From: Octopus vulgaris
Taxonomy: Eukaryota
Length of the DNA: 64,000 bases
NCBI GenBank assembly: GCA_951406725.2
Contig: OX597820.1
Location: forward strand, 86,676,001 to 86,740,000
Direction: 5' to 3'
Made by a program: the position numbers and the translations under genes. Below, piece by piece: positions 14,914-28,667 of the stretch. Within the stretch, counting starts at the first letter, position 1. Every line of letters starts with the position of its first letter. Under the pieces are notes generated by a model. The model was not told where the DNA came from and ran no database searches. It saw only the letters and a list, made by a program, of their open reading frames with translations.

Positions 14914-14998
14914 ACAAGGAGATCTGGAACGAATATTTGCGTGTGAATATGTGTGTGTGTGTATACACGCAAATATTCGTTCCAGACCTCCCTTTACA
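14914..14998. repeat. Short inverted repeat (~30-bp arms)
   Basis: ggagatctggaacgaatatttgcgtgt vs acacgcaaatattcgttccagacctcc. Confidence 0.75.
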
Positions 14999-15076
14999 TG
15001 GTACAGATATATATATGTGATATATATGTATGTATGTATTATGTATACACATATATATACATATACATACATACAT

Positions 15077-15150
<74 letters not shown>

Positions 15151-15321
15151 TTTAGAGACAAACCGTTATTTAGTTATTCAATCTATACTGAACGATATTA
15201 TCTATAACATAAAGAAAGTAATTAAAATATTATAATTATTATTGTGAATTTTTGATTTAGTGTGCTAAATTGAATTTTTTCCCTGTTGGCTTGGAATTAT
15301 TATATTCCTTAACTATTAATT

Positions 15322-15355
<34 letters not shown>

Positions 15356-15390
15356 CAAAGTGGAGTTGTAAGGTAACGCACGAGTGGAAT

Positions 15391-15878
15391 TATATATGAA
15401 AGAAGGTTTGAAAATGCAATTTTAAAAGATGTTTATATACTTTATCGGTTTCATTTTTTAGAAAAAGATAGTCAAAAGTAACATGTAAAAGTTTGGTTGT
15501 GTTAATTATTGGTTGTCACAAAATACTACAATACATATGTACATTCTTTGGTAACAAGAACATGTTAAGAACATAAGAAAGTTTAACAAGTTCATTAAAA
15601 TATTGGGCACAAAAGATTACAACATATATATACATTCTCAAGAAAATGTTAAAGATAGTTTCCAGAAGGAATTATTAAAAAGTTCAGTGGAATATTGGTA
15701 TTCTATCTGTATATACATACACGCACGGAATATTATAAGTTCAAAAAAGTTTACATTATAGTAGTAGGGTAGCTTAAACTGACCTGGTCCACCATGTTAT
15801 CGTCAAAGGTCTCTTAAAAACCGGTAAAGTAAATAAACATCTTTTAAAATTGCATTTTCAAACCTTCTTTCATATATA
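15391..15878. mobile_element. Inverted-end element (61-bp arms 15391-15451 / 15818-15878) with degenerate HHR-like motif; Penelope pLTR-like
   Basis: gaaagaaggtttgaaaatgcaattttaaaagatgtttat..tcggttt vs aaaccggtaaagtaaataaacatcttttaaaattgcattttcaaaccttctttc; flanked by (TA)n. Confidence 0.6.
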
Positions 15879-16000
15879 TATATATATGCAACCATTTTTT
15901 CATGCTGTGTTTGACTTTATTCTCTTTTTCTTCTCTTTTTCTCTACCCCTGACGAAAGATTGAATCGTTGGATATTGCCAACGCAGAGCTAGTAGATTAT

Positions 16001-16037
<37 letters not shown>

Positions 16038-16740
16038 TTGTGCTAAGCAGGGTGTATCACATCATGCTTTTTGCTTGTTCTGTAATTTTACACCCCTTCA
16101 CTACCCTTCTTACCTCGTCTTATTTTTCTTAACCTTTTCTTCTTTACCTTCCTGCATTCACCACACATTTTCGTTACATCAATGCTAATTCTATCGAATT
16201 ATGCTATCCAGTTAAACTTACATGTTTTCCCTCAAATATTTTTGAACATTATTTTTATGCTACACAAATCATATGTATATATAAATGATATTAAGCCACA
16301 ACCACCTGATGATCTAAGAAAGAAAACTCGAAATCGAATCAGAGAAATTTCCTCTTGTATTGCGTGTAGAATTTGTATATAAGATTATTTCCAATGCAAT
16401 TTATGCGATGTGTGTGTGAGAGTGTGCGGAGATGCATATATACAATTCTCAGCATATGTGTGTGCGCTGATATATGTATGTGTGAGTACGTATTCTTCCT
16501 TTCATACATATTCAAACAATATATATATTAATTAGCTGGTCTTCTGAAAGTATTTCTAGAAACGAACTACGTTTAACGATAAATAATTAGAACCTTCATT
16601 AGAATACTAACGTAAAACAGGGAATTTGCTCAAAGGATCTCTATCCGCGTACAAAACAGGTCAAAAGTGTAATATTTCTACGGTAACTCTTATAGACTGA
16701 CAAGAGGCGAGCTAGCTTAACCCTAGACAGCCGAGTAAGA

Positions 16741-16786
16741 GCCACTGACGAGCATTAATCAAATGCGAGATCAGTGGTGATTTGGC
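16741..16786 (+). ncRNA. Type I hammerhead ribozyme, mutated copy (GAAA to GAGA)
   Basis: GCCA-CUGACGA-GCAUU-AAUCA-AAUGC-GAGAUCAGUGGUGAU-U-UGGC. Confidence 0.7.
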
Positions 16787-17079
16787 TATACCGCGGATGC
16801 TGTAGGGAGCCTTCCTCCCTTGTAAGTCATAAGATAAGTGCTTTCTCGTGGCTAAGAGTTGTTTTAACTCTTATTCCAAGCAATGCTGGTGCTATAACTA
16901 GTACCCATATTCACTTTATTGATGTCAATTGTTCTGCCTGTTGGTTGTAAATTGCGAATAACCACCTTTATTATTTATAATTTTCACTTTTACCATTTAC
17001 GAAATCAGCATAAGATTTCTACGTTAATTCTTATAGACTGTCGAGGCGAGTTAGCTTAACCCTAGGTAGCAGAGTAAGC

Positions 17080-17125
17080 GCCACTGACGAGCATTAATCA
17101 AATGCGAAATCACTGGTGATCTGGC
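17080..17125 (+). ncRNA. Type I hammerhead ribozyme with canonical core
   Basis: GCCA-CUGACGA-GCAUU-AAUCA-AAUGC-GAA-AUCAC-UG-GUGAU-C/UGGC; all three stems pair; AUC cleavage triplet at 17119-17121. Confidence 0.9.
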
Positions 17126-17288
17126 TATGCACCGGATACTGTAGGAAGCCTGGCTCCCTTGTCAGTCATGAAATAAGTGCTTTCATGAGATTAAGAGTGA
17201 TGTTTACTCTTATTTCTAGCAACGCTGGTGCTAACTAGTACCTTTAGTCACTTTGGTGACTTCTATATCTATATACATAAATGTGTAT

Positions 17289-17899
17289 ATCTATATATAT
17301 AAATGTGTAATGGTGTCTGTCTGTGTATGTTTGGGGTTACTCGTAGCTCTTCCCACACCGCCCAACCGATTTTAATGATTTTTGGCACATTTGCCCTGAA
17401 GTTCAAATAAGGCCGGAATATTTCGAAAACTCGATAATGCTCAGTGGGCATGGACTTTTGTGAGCTCAATCGGGCGTTTGAATGGAAATTCCCATAACGA
17501 TTATTTTTCCTGCAGCTTTTACAATTTTTGTCCGATTTTGATGAAAATCGATGAGTGAGTTAGGCTCATGGTAGTGGGTTGATGTCAGTCTATGGCGTTG
17601 ACAAAAGATCGATAATTGCGCCAGCACAGTGGCTTTATAAAACCAGTAGGCTGTTTGCGTACAAATACTCACAGGGATTTTATTTTTGGCCGTAACTTTT
17701 CTATTTTTTTATCTGATTTTAATGAAATTTAAGATTTAGTTAAATTTTGTGGTAGGAGAGACGGTAAAGGTTTCAATTTAATTTCAGAGCTGGCATCAAC
17801 TAATGGACCTGAACTGTAATCACGTGTAAAATTTCAACGGTCAGAGGTGGGCTTAACTGCAATACGGAAAACATGAGCAACGCCGGGTCCAACAGCTAG
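17289..17899 (+). mobile_element. Non-autonomous Helitron-like element
   Basis: 5' a|tctatatatataaat..gtctgtctgt; 3' gcaacgccgggt..cagCTAG|t; no TSD. Confidence 0.65.
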
Positions 17900-17974
17900 T
17901 ATATATATATATATATATACTTGTACATGGTGTGTTGTGAATTTATGGAAAGGAATCTCATAAAACTCAACTAG

Positions 17975-18390
17975 AGGCGCAGGAGTGGCTGTGTGGTAAG
18001 TAGCTTGCTTACCAGCCACATGGTTCTGGATTCAGTCCCACAGCGTGGCACCTTGGGCAAGTGTCCTCTACTATAGCCTCGGGCCGACAAAAGCCTTGTG
18101 AATGGATTTGGTACACAGAAACTGAAAGAAGCCCGTCTTATATATATGCATATGTATATGTGTGTGTGTGTGTGTGTGTGTTTGTGTCTGTGTTTGTTCC
18201 CCCAACATCGCTTGACAACCGATGCTGGTGTGTTTACGTCTCCGTAACCAAGCGGTTCGGCAAAAGAGCTCGATAGAATAAGTACTAGGCTTACAAAGAA
18301 TAAGTCCTAGGGTCGATTTGCTCGACTAAAAGCGGTGCTCCAGCATGGCCGCAGTCAAATGACTGAAACAAGTAGAAGAGTAGAAGAGTA
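17975..18390 (+). mobile_element. SINE family C (tRNA-like head, internal (TG)n, tail gactgaaacaagtaaaaga)
   Basis: gtggctgtgtggtaag..gttctggattcagtccc..ttgggcaagtgtc; matches 23788, 46050, 50205. Confidence 0.8.
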
Positions 18391-19169
18391 AGACTCAAGA
18401 TTTTTATATGACATTATATTTAAATTATTTTGTATATTTTGTATACTTATGTGCACCCCCATAATCGTAATTTTTCGTATATTCATTATACAAAATACTC
18501 TTCTATTACCGGAATATTAATTAATTACTAACCTAATACCACAGTATGTATCCCTCTCACATTATGACAAGCCAGTTCCTTAACTCATAATTTTATTTTA
18601 CTCTATTACCTAATATATCAATACATATAATTTAAACCTTCTATTTTACTATTATTCTATTTTTCATTCCCTGCTTACTGATCTCCCCTACATTGTTATT
18701 TTATAGTAACCCTACTTCCAATAATAATAAACCTCTGAGCGCTCTTTTTTCATCTCTATAGCCACAGCAAGTAATTACTAACTAAATTGTTATATTAACA
18801 ACTACTTTTCCTGTTATTACTTATTTTTCAACATTATATTTAATGCATACAAACGAATATTAGTTCTTATGCAAACACAAGTCCATTTTACGCAGCTTAT
18901 TCTCTCGTTAACTCTTTCTACCTCTATAATACTTGTTTACGTTAACAATACAGCAGTCCTTTATACACTATCTCCTCTTGATTAACTCCATTCTCATATA
19001 TGATTTTTTTTAAATATACACTACACTTAGAATTGTTTCTAACTGTAAGGTCATATCAAATGTAGTCGTGCCTTTCCATTGGACATTTCTATACAACCTT
19101 TACACTACGTGACTTATTTGGAGTATCAATTACTAATCTCCTTACTCATCTATACTAACATGACAGTAA

Positions 19170-19592
19170 CCCTTTCTACTATAGGCAGAGAAATCTGTAC
19201 TAAGGTGTTAGTCGATTATATCAACACCAATACTTGACTGGTTCTTGTTTTAGCGACTCCGAAAGCAAAGTCAACTGCGGTGGTATTTCAACTCAGAACG
19301 TAAAGAATCGGAAGAAATGCTGCTATGAATTTTGTCCGACGCGCTAATGATTCTGCCAGCTCATCGCCTTAAAGAACTTTCTATTATAGGCACAAGGCTT
19401 GAAATCTTAGCAGAGGAGGGTTAGTCGGTTTCATCGACTCCAGTGCTAGCTGGCGCTTATTTTATTGACCCTGACGGGATGAAAGGCAAAGTCAAGCTCG
19501 GCGATATTTGAACTCAGAACGTAAAGATCCGGAAGAAATACTGCTAAGCATTTTGCCCGACTCACTAACGATTCTGCCAGCTCACCGCCTTA
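19170..19592 (-). mobile_element. Two tandem SINE family A copies
   Basis: Each ends ..attctgccagctca.cgcctt (~19372 and ~19592). Confidence 0.8.
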
Positions 19593-20293
19593 GAGAACTT
19601 GATAATAAAACCGACAAAAATCTTTGTTTCATTCCTGATTTTTTTTTCCTGATAGTTGAAATGGTGTTTTTGTATTTTTCATTTGTCAAGTGACTTCGGT
19701 TTCTTCGCTCTGGGTTCATGGCAGCATAACTGTTCTTTTAACTTCTCTTCTAAAGGCAAATATTAAAAGAGAGAGAGAGAGAAACGTTTGTCCGCCCTGT
19801 CCCACTTAGACAGATAGATAAACAGACAAGAGTGCAGTATGTTAAAATGAAATTAGACGGCTGCTACCCAATAACATCGCAGGGTCCTTGATCTTACTAA
19901 TTTTTTTCTCCTTCTTATGATAAGACTGTCTACTATAAACACAAGGTCACACAGTAGTTAATATATCGATCATTGTGGAATGAAATGGAAAGTGAACTCT
20001 GACGATATTTCATCTGAGAAACGTAAAAAAAAATGTTGTTAGATACACGAAAACATTCTGTCCGACGTTTCACAGATTCTAACTCACATCGCCTCCACAC
20101 TTGCGTCGATAATAACAATATGGCGATTGTTTAGATTAGTATCAGTTTATGGCATTGACAGAGGAGAAACAACAACGCCCCTGTGAAGTTTTCCAGTGAG
20201 ATTGAGTGGGAGAGGGGGAGGGAGACGGAGAGAGAAAAAGAAAGACTGAATGAATGAAAGAAAACCGAAAGAAAGATAGGAAAGAGGGAAAAC

Positions 20294-20294
<1 letters not shown>

Positions 20295-20349
<55 letters not shown>

Positions 20350-20373
20350 ACGAAAGAAAGAAAGAAAGAACGA

Positions 20374-20409
<36 letters not shown>

Positions 20410-20440
20410 ACGAAAGAAAGAAAGAAAGAAGGAAAGAAAG
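20295..20440. repeat. (GAAA)n microsatellite
   Basis: Direct reading. Confidence 0.95.
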
Positions 20441-20825
20441 GCTACCATAGCGTTTATTGCTGTTCATATGAGAACATAAAAGTTTTAGAAGACACGTGTG
20501 GCCTGAAATATAATGAATCTAGAATGTTCACTGCTGGTTGTCATCTGAAAGGTTTCACTTCTAAAGTTCTCCCAGCATTGTTTATTGATTAAATCTAGTC
20601 ACATCGAAATTTCCGGTCGTAGTGACGCCATCTTTCTTTCACTGCAATTGCCTTCATTTTGCGATTTCAGAAAAATATCATTATTTTTTTGTTTTTGTTT
20701 TTGTTTTTCTTTGTTACTGAATTGCAATGAAGAAGCGACTTTTAAAAAATTATTTCTTTATTTTCACTTAACATTGAATTAAAGCAATGCAAGTCTATAT
20801 ATACATGCATGCATACAATATATAT

Positions 20826-20868
<43 letters not shown>

Positions 20869-21059
20869 TGTACATATGTATACACATATATATACATATA
20901 TGTATATACATATATACATATATGTGTGACATATATATAAATACATATATATGTAACATATATATAAATACATAAATACCTATAAATATATACATACATA
21001 TATATATATAGATAGATAGATAGATAGATACCAGTGTGTGTGTATCTATATATATGTGT

Positions 21060-21103
<44 letters not shown>

Positions 21104-21275
21104 ATGCGTGTCTATGTGTCTGTGCGTGTATATAACTTCAAAATCAAAGGCAGATAAAGGATGGAAAACATTTTAAACATTTTGGCCTTTTTCCAAAGAA
21201 ATAAAGGCTAGATCAAACACAGGTGTGAAATCAAATTCGTCATATTCTTCGGGAACTAATATATGTGTGTGTGTA

Positions 21276-21317
<42 letters not shown>

Positions 21318-21485
21318 TGCGTGTGTCTGTGCGTGTGCGTGCATATGTATATACGCACATATATACACGCTTACACACATACACACAAATGTATATGTAT
21401 ATATATGTATGTATATATATATGTATATGTATATATGTATATATATATATATATATACAGAGAGAAGAAAGACATACAGTGAGAG

Positions 21486-21569
<84 letters not shown>

Positions 21570-23189
21570 AGTGCTCCACGTTAAAATGCATTAGCGGAAA
21601 TAACATATGATATCTGAAGCAATAAATATGGTGACGTGAAGCGAAGTAATCACGTAAAGTAAATACTTCTCATTGTGCAGTTCTTTCTCGCGAATAGCTT
21701 TCCTATTACTTCGACTCTGAATGTTGATTTTATGGTTTAGACAGCATTGCTTAAAGCTGCCTTCAGTCATACCACTGTTAAATATTTCTACCTGATTGTG
21801 CCCTCTTTAGGATTTCATACTGGCATTTAGCATTTAACGTTAAGGAAAGATAACTTTATGTTCTTGCTCTTGTAGTCTTTTACATGTACGTTTTATAAAT
21901 TAACATTTAGTTACTATTGTAGTTAACTTTTACATTCTTGCTGTTAAGCAACTAACCATGCATATACCTCGTTGGCAAGAATTTGGTGAAAGGCACGTTT
22001 GATCAGTACTTGAATCACATGTATAGCTTCACAGTGAAAATTACCTTTTTACTGGTTTAATATGTCCCAAACAAGTGATGAAAAGGCTTGTTCATTTCAT
22101 AATACTGATTTGCATTCCGTACGATTTGTTTCGGCTTGGAGGCAACAGCATTGCGTTGCTTCTACTGATTTTTTTGAAAGGAAACGAAATCTTCCAATCC
22201 TTTCTGAGTTGTCCTGCTTGGTATCTAATGCTGGTGAGTGCATAAAGAGCTTGAAATGCAGATATTAGTCTATAAAGGGCGTTCCGAAAATAGCTTTGGT
22301 ATTTCCCCCTTTTGCCTAATGAAAATTTTTTCTCCATAGTAAACCGCGGTGAACATTGTCTTTTTACAGATCAAATACGTTCCACGCATATTTCAACTAA
22401 TCGAAAAGTTGTGTATGTGTGTGTATTTTGTGTGTGGGTTTGTGTGTGTGAACCCTTGCTTTTGTGTGTGTGTGCCTCTGCTCCTGTGTGTATATATTCA
22501 TGTATGTATGTATGTACGTGTGTGTGTTTGCGCGCGTGTGTGAATCTCTGCTTGTGCGTATGCGTGTGTACTTCTGCTTTTGTGTATATGTGTACCTCTG
22601 CTTGTGTGTGTATGTGTGTGTGTTGAGTTTGTGTATACAGACCTATAAAGAAATACTCGTTATAGTTAATAGAGTTTATTCGTTCGAAAATGATGGTTCC
22701 CAGTCCGTTTGGTACTTATATATCATTTAAAGACATTTCATTTAGATTCAATTAAATATATGATTGTCATCAAATTTACAATGAAAATTTCTCAATTTCC
22801 GGACATTCGATATTAATTAATTCTAAAGTATTTCAAACAACCAATGTGATTAAAACGTTACTGCGAAACAACGATTATAACATATATTAATTCATTGTGG
22901 TGATAGACATAACAATATTAATAATGTTCAAATTTAACTTCAGAATTTATTTTAATGACCCAATAAAAATGAAAGAATTACAAGCTCGATGAAATTATAC
23001 GCATACAACGGACAGTAACTTTACTGTATATTGCAAGGCATTTAGTGTAGAGTTCTATCGTTCATACCTATCTACTCTCATTATATGTCCAATGAATGGC
23101 ATTTCACATAAATTACTCCAGAATTGTGATAGGGAAAATTTTGTCATTTTTAAAAGAAAACCCTACTGGAACAGATATAAACGATAAAC

Positions 23190-23732
23190 GTCGCCCTTTT
23201 CAAGCCTAGTCAGGCTCATGGGCCCCGTTTCCCGATTTATGTGGCTTATGTGTCCCCACCAGCTGGACAGGACGCCAGTCTATCGCAGCGTTACTCAAAA
23301 ATTAGAGAAAGTTGTGGCGAAAGAGAACAACAGGGGTCACCACCACCCCCTGCCGGATCCTCGTGGAGCTGTTAGGTGTTTTTATTCAATAAACACACAC
23401 AACGCCCGGTCTGGGAATCGAAACCGTGACCCTCCGACCGCGAGTCCGCTGTCCTAACCACTCAGCCATTGCACCTACACAAATGCGCCCTTTTAAAGCC
23501 TAGCCAGGCTCTTGGGCCCGGTTTCCCGGTTTCTATGGCGTATGTGTTCCCCAGCTGGACGGGACGCCAGTCCATCGCAGCGTTACTCATTTTTGCTAGC
23601 TGAGTGGACTGGAGCAACGTTAAATGAAGTGTTTTACTCAAGAACACAACGTGTCGCCTGGTCCAGGAATCGAAACGACAATCTTACGATCATGGTGCTG
23701 ACACCCTAACCACTAAGTCACGCGCCTCCACA
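23190..23732 (-). mobile_element. Two tandem tRNA-derived SINEs sharing a 3' tail (family B-related)
   Basis: cgcccttt..aagcctag.caggctc.tgggccc tail occurs twice; heads ..ggaatcgaaac..cctaaccact. Confidence 0.75.
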
Positions 23733-23787
23733 ATGGAACAGATATACAAATATAAAATTAAATTCGTCATATATTTAATGAGTTGTT

Positions 23788-24003
23788 AGGCGTGACTGTG
23801 TGGTTAAGAACCTTGCTTTCCAACTATGTAGCCATGAGTTCAGTACCACTGTGCGGCACCTTAGGTAAGTGTCTTCTAGTATAGCGGTGGGCCAATTAAA
23901 GCCTTGTGAATGGATTTGATAGACAGAAATTGAAAGCAGTCCATCGAGTTCCCCAGCATGACCGCAGTCCAAGAAATTAAACAAGTAAAAGACAAAAGAT
24001 AAA
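23788..24003 (+). mobile_element. Internally deleted SINE family C
   Basis: gtgactgtgtggttaag..gagttcagtaccactgtgcggcacctt..cagcatgaccgcagtc..aaacaagtaaaaga. Confidence 0.7.
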
Positions 24004-24038
24004 AACGGGAAATTCGAGCTAAAAATACGTAAAGAATT

Positions 24039-24112
24039 TCAACCGTGTTTCGTGATCTGCTACCACAACAGCTCTTTTATAGGATCCAGTTAGCTCAAGA
24101 CATCATCAGGAG
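24039..24112 (-). ncRNA. Degenerate HHR-like motif with long stem II
   Basis: Minus strand CUC-CUGAUGA-UGUCU..GCUA...UAGCAGAUCAC-GAAACACGGU-U-GA. Confidence 0.45.
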
Positions 24113-25101
24113 GAACCATGTCCGGTTTTGGCCCCTACTCCTCTACCATTTTGACGTAGCGGCACCCCTCTATCGGAGGTATCTTCAGCTCTGGTGTTGA
24201 GTGCAAGTCTTCTTTCTTCTTTCATCTGTTCCCTGGCCTCTTCGGTGTAGCGTCAACGAGTGTCAGCGGGCGACTGACTGTCTTGTCAAATTTCCCTTTA
24301 AATACCTGTTGCTAGGCTCCAACAGGCAGCCCCAGCAAGTTGTCAGGTGACACTGTCTCAACTTTAACTGACCAATGAAGGTGCGTAGTCTCAGCCCATG
24401 CATTCTCTCAACGATACCGTCATCTGTCAATCAGCGAAGCTATTTCAGTGTCAGCTTGTCTCACCTAGTGATGTTATTTTCCGCCGGCATGTTATACAGA
24501 AGTGAATAAAAATTGTACAGAAAAAAAAACACGATTCATCCAAATACTCAAAACAACTTTAAACAAGGAAAAAAAAGCAATAAGAATTAAAAGTGCAATG
24601 GAATACCTGATGAGCCTGTGCCAAAGCTTTAATAAAGAAATCTTCCAAACAAAATGAGAGAGTATATCTAAAATATTATTCCATTTCCAATGGTAACAGC
24701 TACTTGATTTCAAATCTTTTGGTGTGGCCTACATTTATGACCAAGTTCCGTTTGTTTCAAATTATAATATTAAATCGAAACAAATTTATCCTAAATTTTT
24801 AATCACTTGCATCCATGAATTCCAATTATCGTTTTTAATTTTGAGGAAAACATTAAAATCAATATTTTTAATAGAATAATGTAAATGCAGATATAAAAAT
24901 CAATATTTTTAATTGAATAATGTATATGCAGTTATAAAAATAGATTGAAAACTAAAATCCCCACTTTTGTTATTAAATCTGTTTGTTAAGGCAATAGATT
25001 TTGAAAGTTTCTTAATTAAATTTACAATTGACGATCCCGAGCGTAGTGAGTAGGTGCAGCTAGCATAAAGATATACAGAGAAAGAGAGAGAGAGGGAGGA
25101 A

Positions 25102-25168
<67 letters not shown>

Positions 25169-25498
25169 CTGTGTGTGTGTATGTGTGTATGTGTGTGTGT
25201 TTATTCTGTCATTACAATGTTGCATATCCCGCAGCGATGTAAAAATATACACACAACCATGCGCCTATATATTCTCCTGTTTTGTTTATTCATATTTCGT
25301 AACAATAAAATTTATTATTAGATATCAAAGTCTTTCGTCATACATGCACGGCCGATCCACTGATACTTCCCTCCATATCTGTTTCCTACGACCATTGTCT
25401 CTATATCTCTATCTCTCAGTCCCTCTCCCCACTCTCTCTCAAAACACACACACACATATATAGCCATATCTCTTTCCTGCCATCACTCTCCCTTTCTG

Positions 25499-25563
<65 letters not shown>

Positions 25564-26627
25564 TATATATATACACATATATATACACGTATGTGTGTAT
25601 ATGCAACTGGAAGTGGATGTAAAATAAACTATTTTCTTTGATCTAACAATATTGCATCGAGTGTAAAATATTTGGCAAATTAAAAATATTTGACGAACTT
25701 ATAATTATTAACACACAAATAGATTTTTGGCACCACAGCATCAATTGGCAGCCATGATTTTGAAAACTTGTTTTATTTACTTTCACTTTCGTTTCGGAGG
25801 CACTCTGTTTTAATTAATTTATTAATTAATTAATTTAGTTATTTTGTTTTATAACATTTGCTTTGTTAGTTCTCCACCACCACCACCACCACCAGCACCA
25901 CCAGCAGCAGCCTCTGTTTTCGGTTTTAGTTTCATGTTTTATGTTTTATTCAGCTGATGTTCTTCCGTAGAGAACACCTCAAAATTATATAATATGATAG
26001 TTCTTGATTTGATGTAATTTGGAGTCTCAAGGGTTGTCTTTGAAACGAAGCAAAATTGAAATAACAACATACAAATAAATACAAGATATCTTTACACAAT
26101 TAAGGTATGCGAAAATTTGATTTAAAGTTGTCTTTGTTAAATATTGACTACGACGGCGACGATTGTGGCGAGTGTGATAAGGATGTTGGTGAAGGTGGTA
26201 TTGGTGACTGTTGTAGTAGTTATAATATTGATCATGATCTTGGTAATGATGATGGGGGGTTGGTGGTAGTGGTGGTGGTGGTGGTGGTAATGTTGATCAT
26301 GATAATATTCTTAGTTGTAATGATGGTATTAATGGTGGGTGTTGTTGGTGATGGTTGCGATAAAAGTAATGTTGATGGTTGCGTTAGAGATTGTAATTGT
26401 TTCGCAAAAAAGATAAAAATAACTCTGCATTTACATGTTTTTCAAACAATGAAAAGTCAGACTAAATATTTTATGACATATAGTCCTGCTCTTGTATAAA
26501 CTGAGTTCAAACCCCACAAATTAACCGTTATCAGTCCAAGGCCGATAAAATAACTAGCAGACCCATCATCACCATACACACCACCTTTGGTTTAGCGAAC
26601 AATGGTGGCAATGACACGTTGTTAGTG

Positions 26628-27050
26628 TTGTTGTTTAGCTTCAGGTCAACAATGATCGAACTGATATATGACCAAATGGTTTCCAACCTGACTTTTCCTC
26701 CAGTCATGGTGTATTTAAGATTACATTCGCTATCGTGCCGTTTGCATAGCGCTACATTTGCATGTGTTCCTCCTGCTTAAAGAGGATAGGTTGCGATGCG
26801 TTGGAATTTTAGTTCTGTTTCTAGCTATCTAGAAGCTATCCTGTATAAATTATTTCTATCACTCGCGTTGTTGTTTAGTTCCGGGTTATCTATAACAGAG
26901 TGGAACTATGGTCCATCCATGGCGTTCTCATCTTTTATTTTCAGACAGTGTAATATAGACTACATTATTTAAGGTGTGCTTTCTTTTTTAAAATGGCAAG
27001 GTGTTATTTTTCAGGGGAATTGTCTATTTTTACCCGGTGGATCAACGATG
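26628..27050. repeat. Old interspersed repeat, two tandem copies; further copy at ~60250-60455
   Basis: ttgttgtttag.t.c.gg..a......ctatg..c..a...ttttcagaca.tgt..a..a.actacatt pattern shared. Confidence 0.5.
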
Positions 27051-28131
27051 CGTTCACTCGTATAGGGATGATTACAGTGATAGTGGTGGTGCTGTTGCTA
27101 CTGATGGAACATTATGTTCATGGATTAATCATCATTGCGTTCATGGATCAATCATGAATCAATCATTATGTCCATAGATCAATCACGGATGCGCAGTTTC
27201 TGCCTTGGGGAAGATTTTGAAGCAGTTTTATCAGTTACCAACTATTTTAAAGTTGTGTTGGTATGTGGGGCTATAAATCATGTTTTATGACATGAATATT
27301 CTCCACGGAGTGCATACTGTCTGCAGAACACGGGTAACAGCACGAAACCAGGCTAATAGTGGAAGGGAGAAAGAAAAGGTAGTGAATCAATGAAAAGCGC
27401 TTGTAGAGAATCGATAAAAGAGTTGCCCAAAGAGACCGTGCTTGGGACACTTAATTTGACGGCTCCCGTTGGAGCTGACATTTCCTACACCGTTGGAGAG
27501 AAATTAAATTCAGAAACACCCTTTATTTTTTTTACTCAATACAGACGGTAGGATGTTATTTCACTGGGTTTTAGCTGATATTTCTAGCGAACTAAGCTTC
27601 CAGTTAGATGTTTCTTTGTTGGCTTGTGTTGTGTACTCTTTAACAGATCCGTGTGTATGTATGTTATTAATTATTTCAAAGATAAATACGTGTTTACTCT
27701 TGTGTATATATTAATTAGATTACGTTTAATGTGTATAATGTCTTTGTGATATAGAAGTCCAGTTACAGAGAATATTAAATGGGTTATTCTAAGTAAATAT
27801 TTGATGACAGCTATATTATATCCGAATATTCGATCTATGCTTGTACATACTGCTACAATGGTTTTGTTCTACGTCGATATGATATATTTATTACCTTTGA
27901 TATTTAAAAATATTTTATTACGTGCACCAATCTATTTTATAAGAAAACCAGAATTGAGTTACTATAAACACATCAACGCTGCTTTGCTTACAAATACTTC
28001 TTTTAATTTATGAAACCATCATTAATATATTTTATTACTTCATACGTATACCATCAACATATTTACATTATGTCTTTCGTGGTTTATATTAACGAGAATC
28101 CCGCTTTCCAGTTTACTTACATTAATCAGTT

Positions 28132-28362
28132 TAAGGGCGGCGACCTAACGGAATCGTTATTACAGCAAAAATGCGGGCAAAAATGCATAGCAGCATTTCG
28201 TTTGTCCCTGCGTACTGAGTTCAATTTCCGCCGAAGCCGACTTTGCCTATCATTCTTTTTGGAGTCGGTTAAGTAAGTACCATTTAAACACTGGGATCGA
28301 TGTAATCGGCTTAAACCCTCCCCCGAAATTGCTGGCCTTGTGCCAAAATTCGACACCCAATA
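28132..28362 (+). mobile_element. SINE family A copy
   Basis: aagggcggcgacctaacggaatcgtt..ctgagttcaatttccgccgaagccgactttgcct. Confidence 0.7.
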
Positions 28363-28667
28363 TTAATCGGTATGAATGCTCTCTCTCTGATACACTCCAG
28401 TGTCAGACATCATCTACAGACGTACTGTTTTCTTACACATTCCTTCCGATGATACAATGGCCTCATCTCGTCAACTTCCTCTTCAAATTTCAGACTAATT
28501 CCCTTTTTTCCAATCCTTTTTAGCTTTGTAGTATTCATTCATTACTCATATTTTTCCTGTAGTTTTCACGTTACAACTGTTCCTGTTCAAAAGGAACCTT
28601 AACTGCGTTGATTTACCAGATCTTGGACGTCTAACGAAGGGGATGGACGTAACTCCTATCTCTAGAA

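Larger units (their letters stand above)
16674..17262 (+). mobile_element. Retrozyme-like tandem repeat (~339-nt unit, ~1.7 copies), one HHR per unit
   Basis: Direct repeat starting 16674 and 17015; HHR motifs start at 16741 and 17080. Confidence 0.8.

Noticed and set aside
15948-16345. CTGACGA (~15949) and CTGATGA (~16307) hammerhead-like heptamers
   Set aside because: Could not form stems I-III with a properly placed GAAA
26107-26499. 130-aa ORF with a hydrophobic stretch
   Set aside because: Low-complexity (GGT/GAT)n sequence
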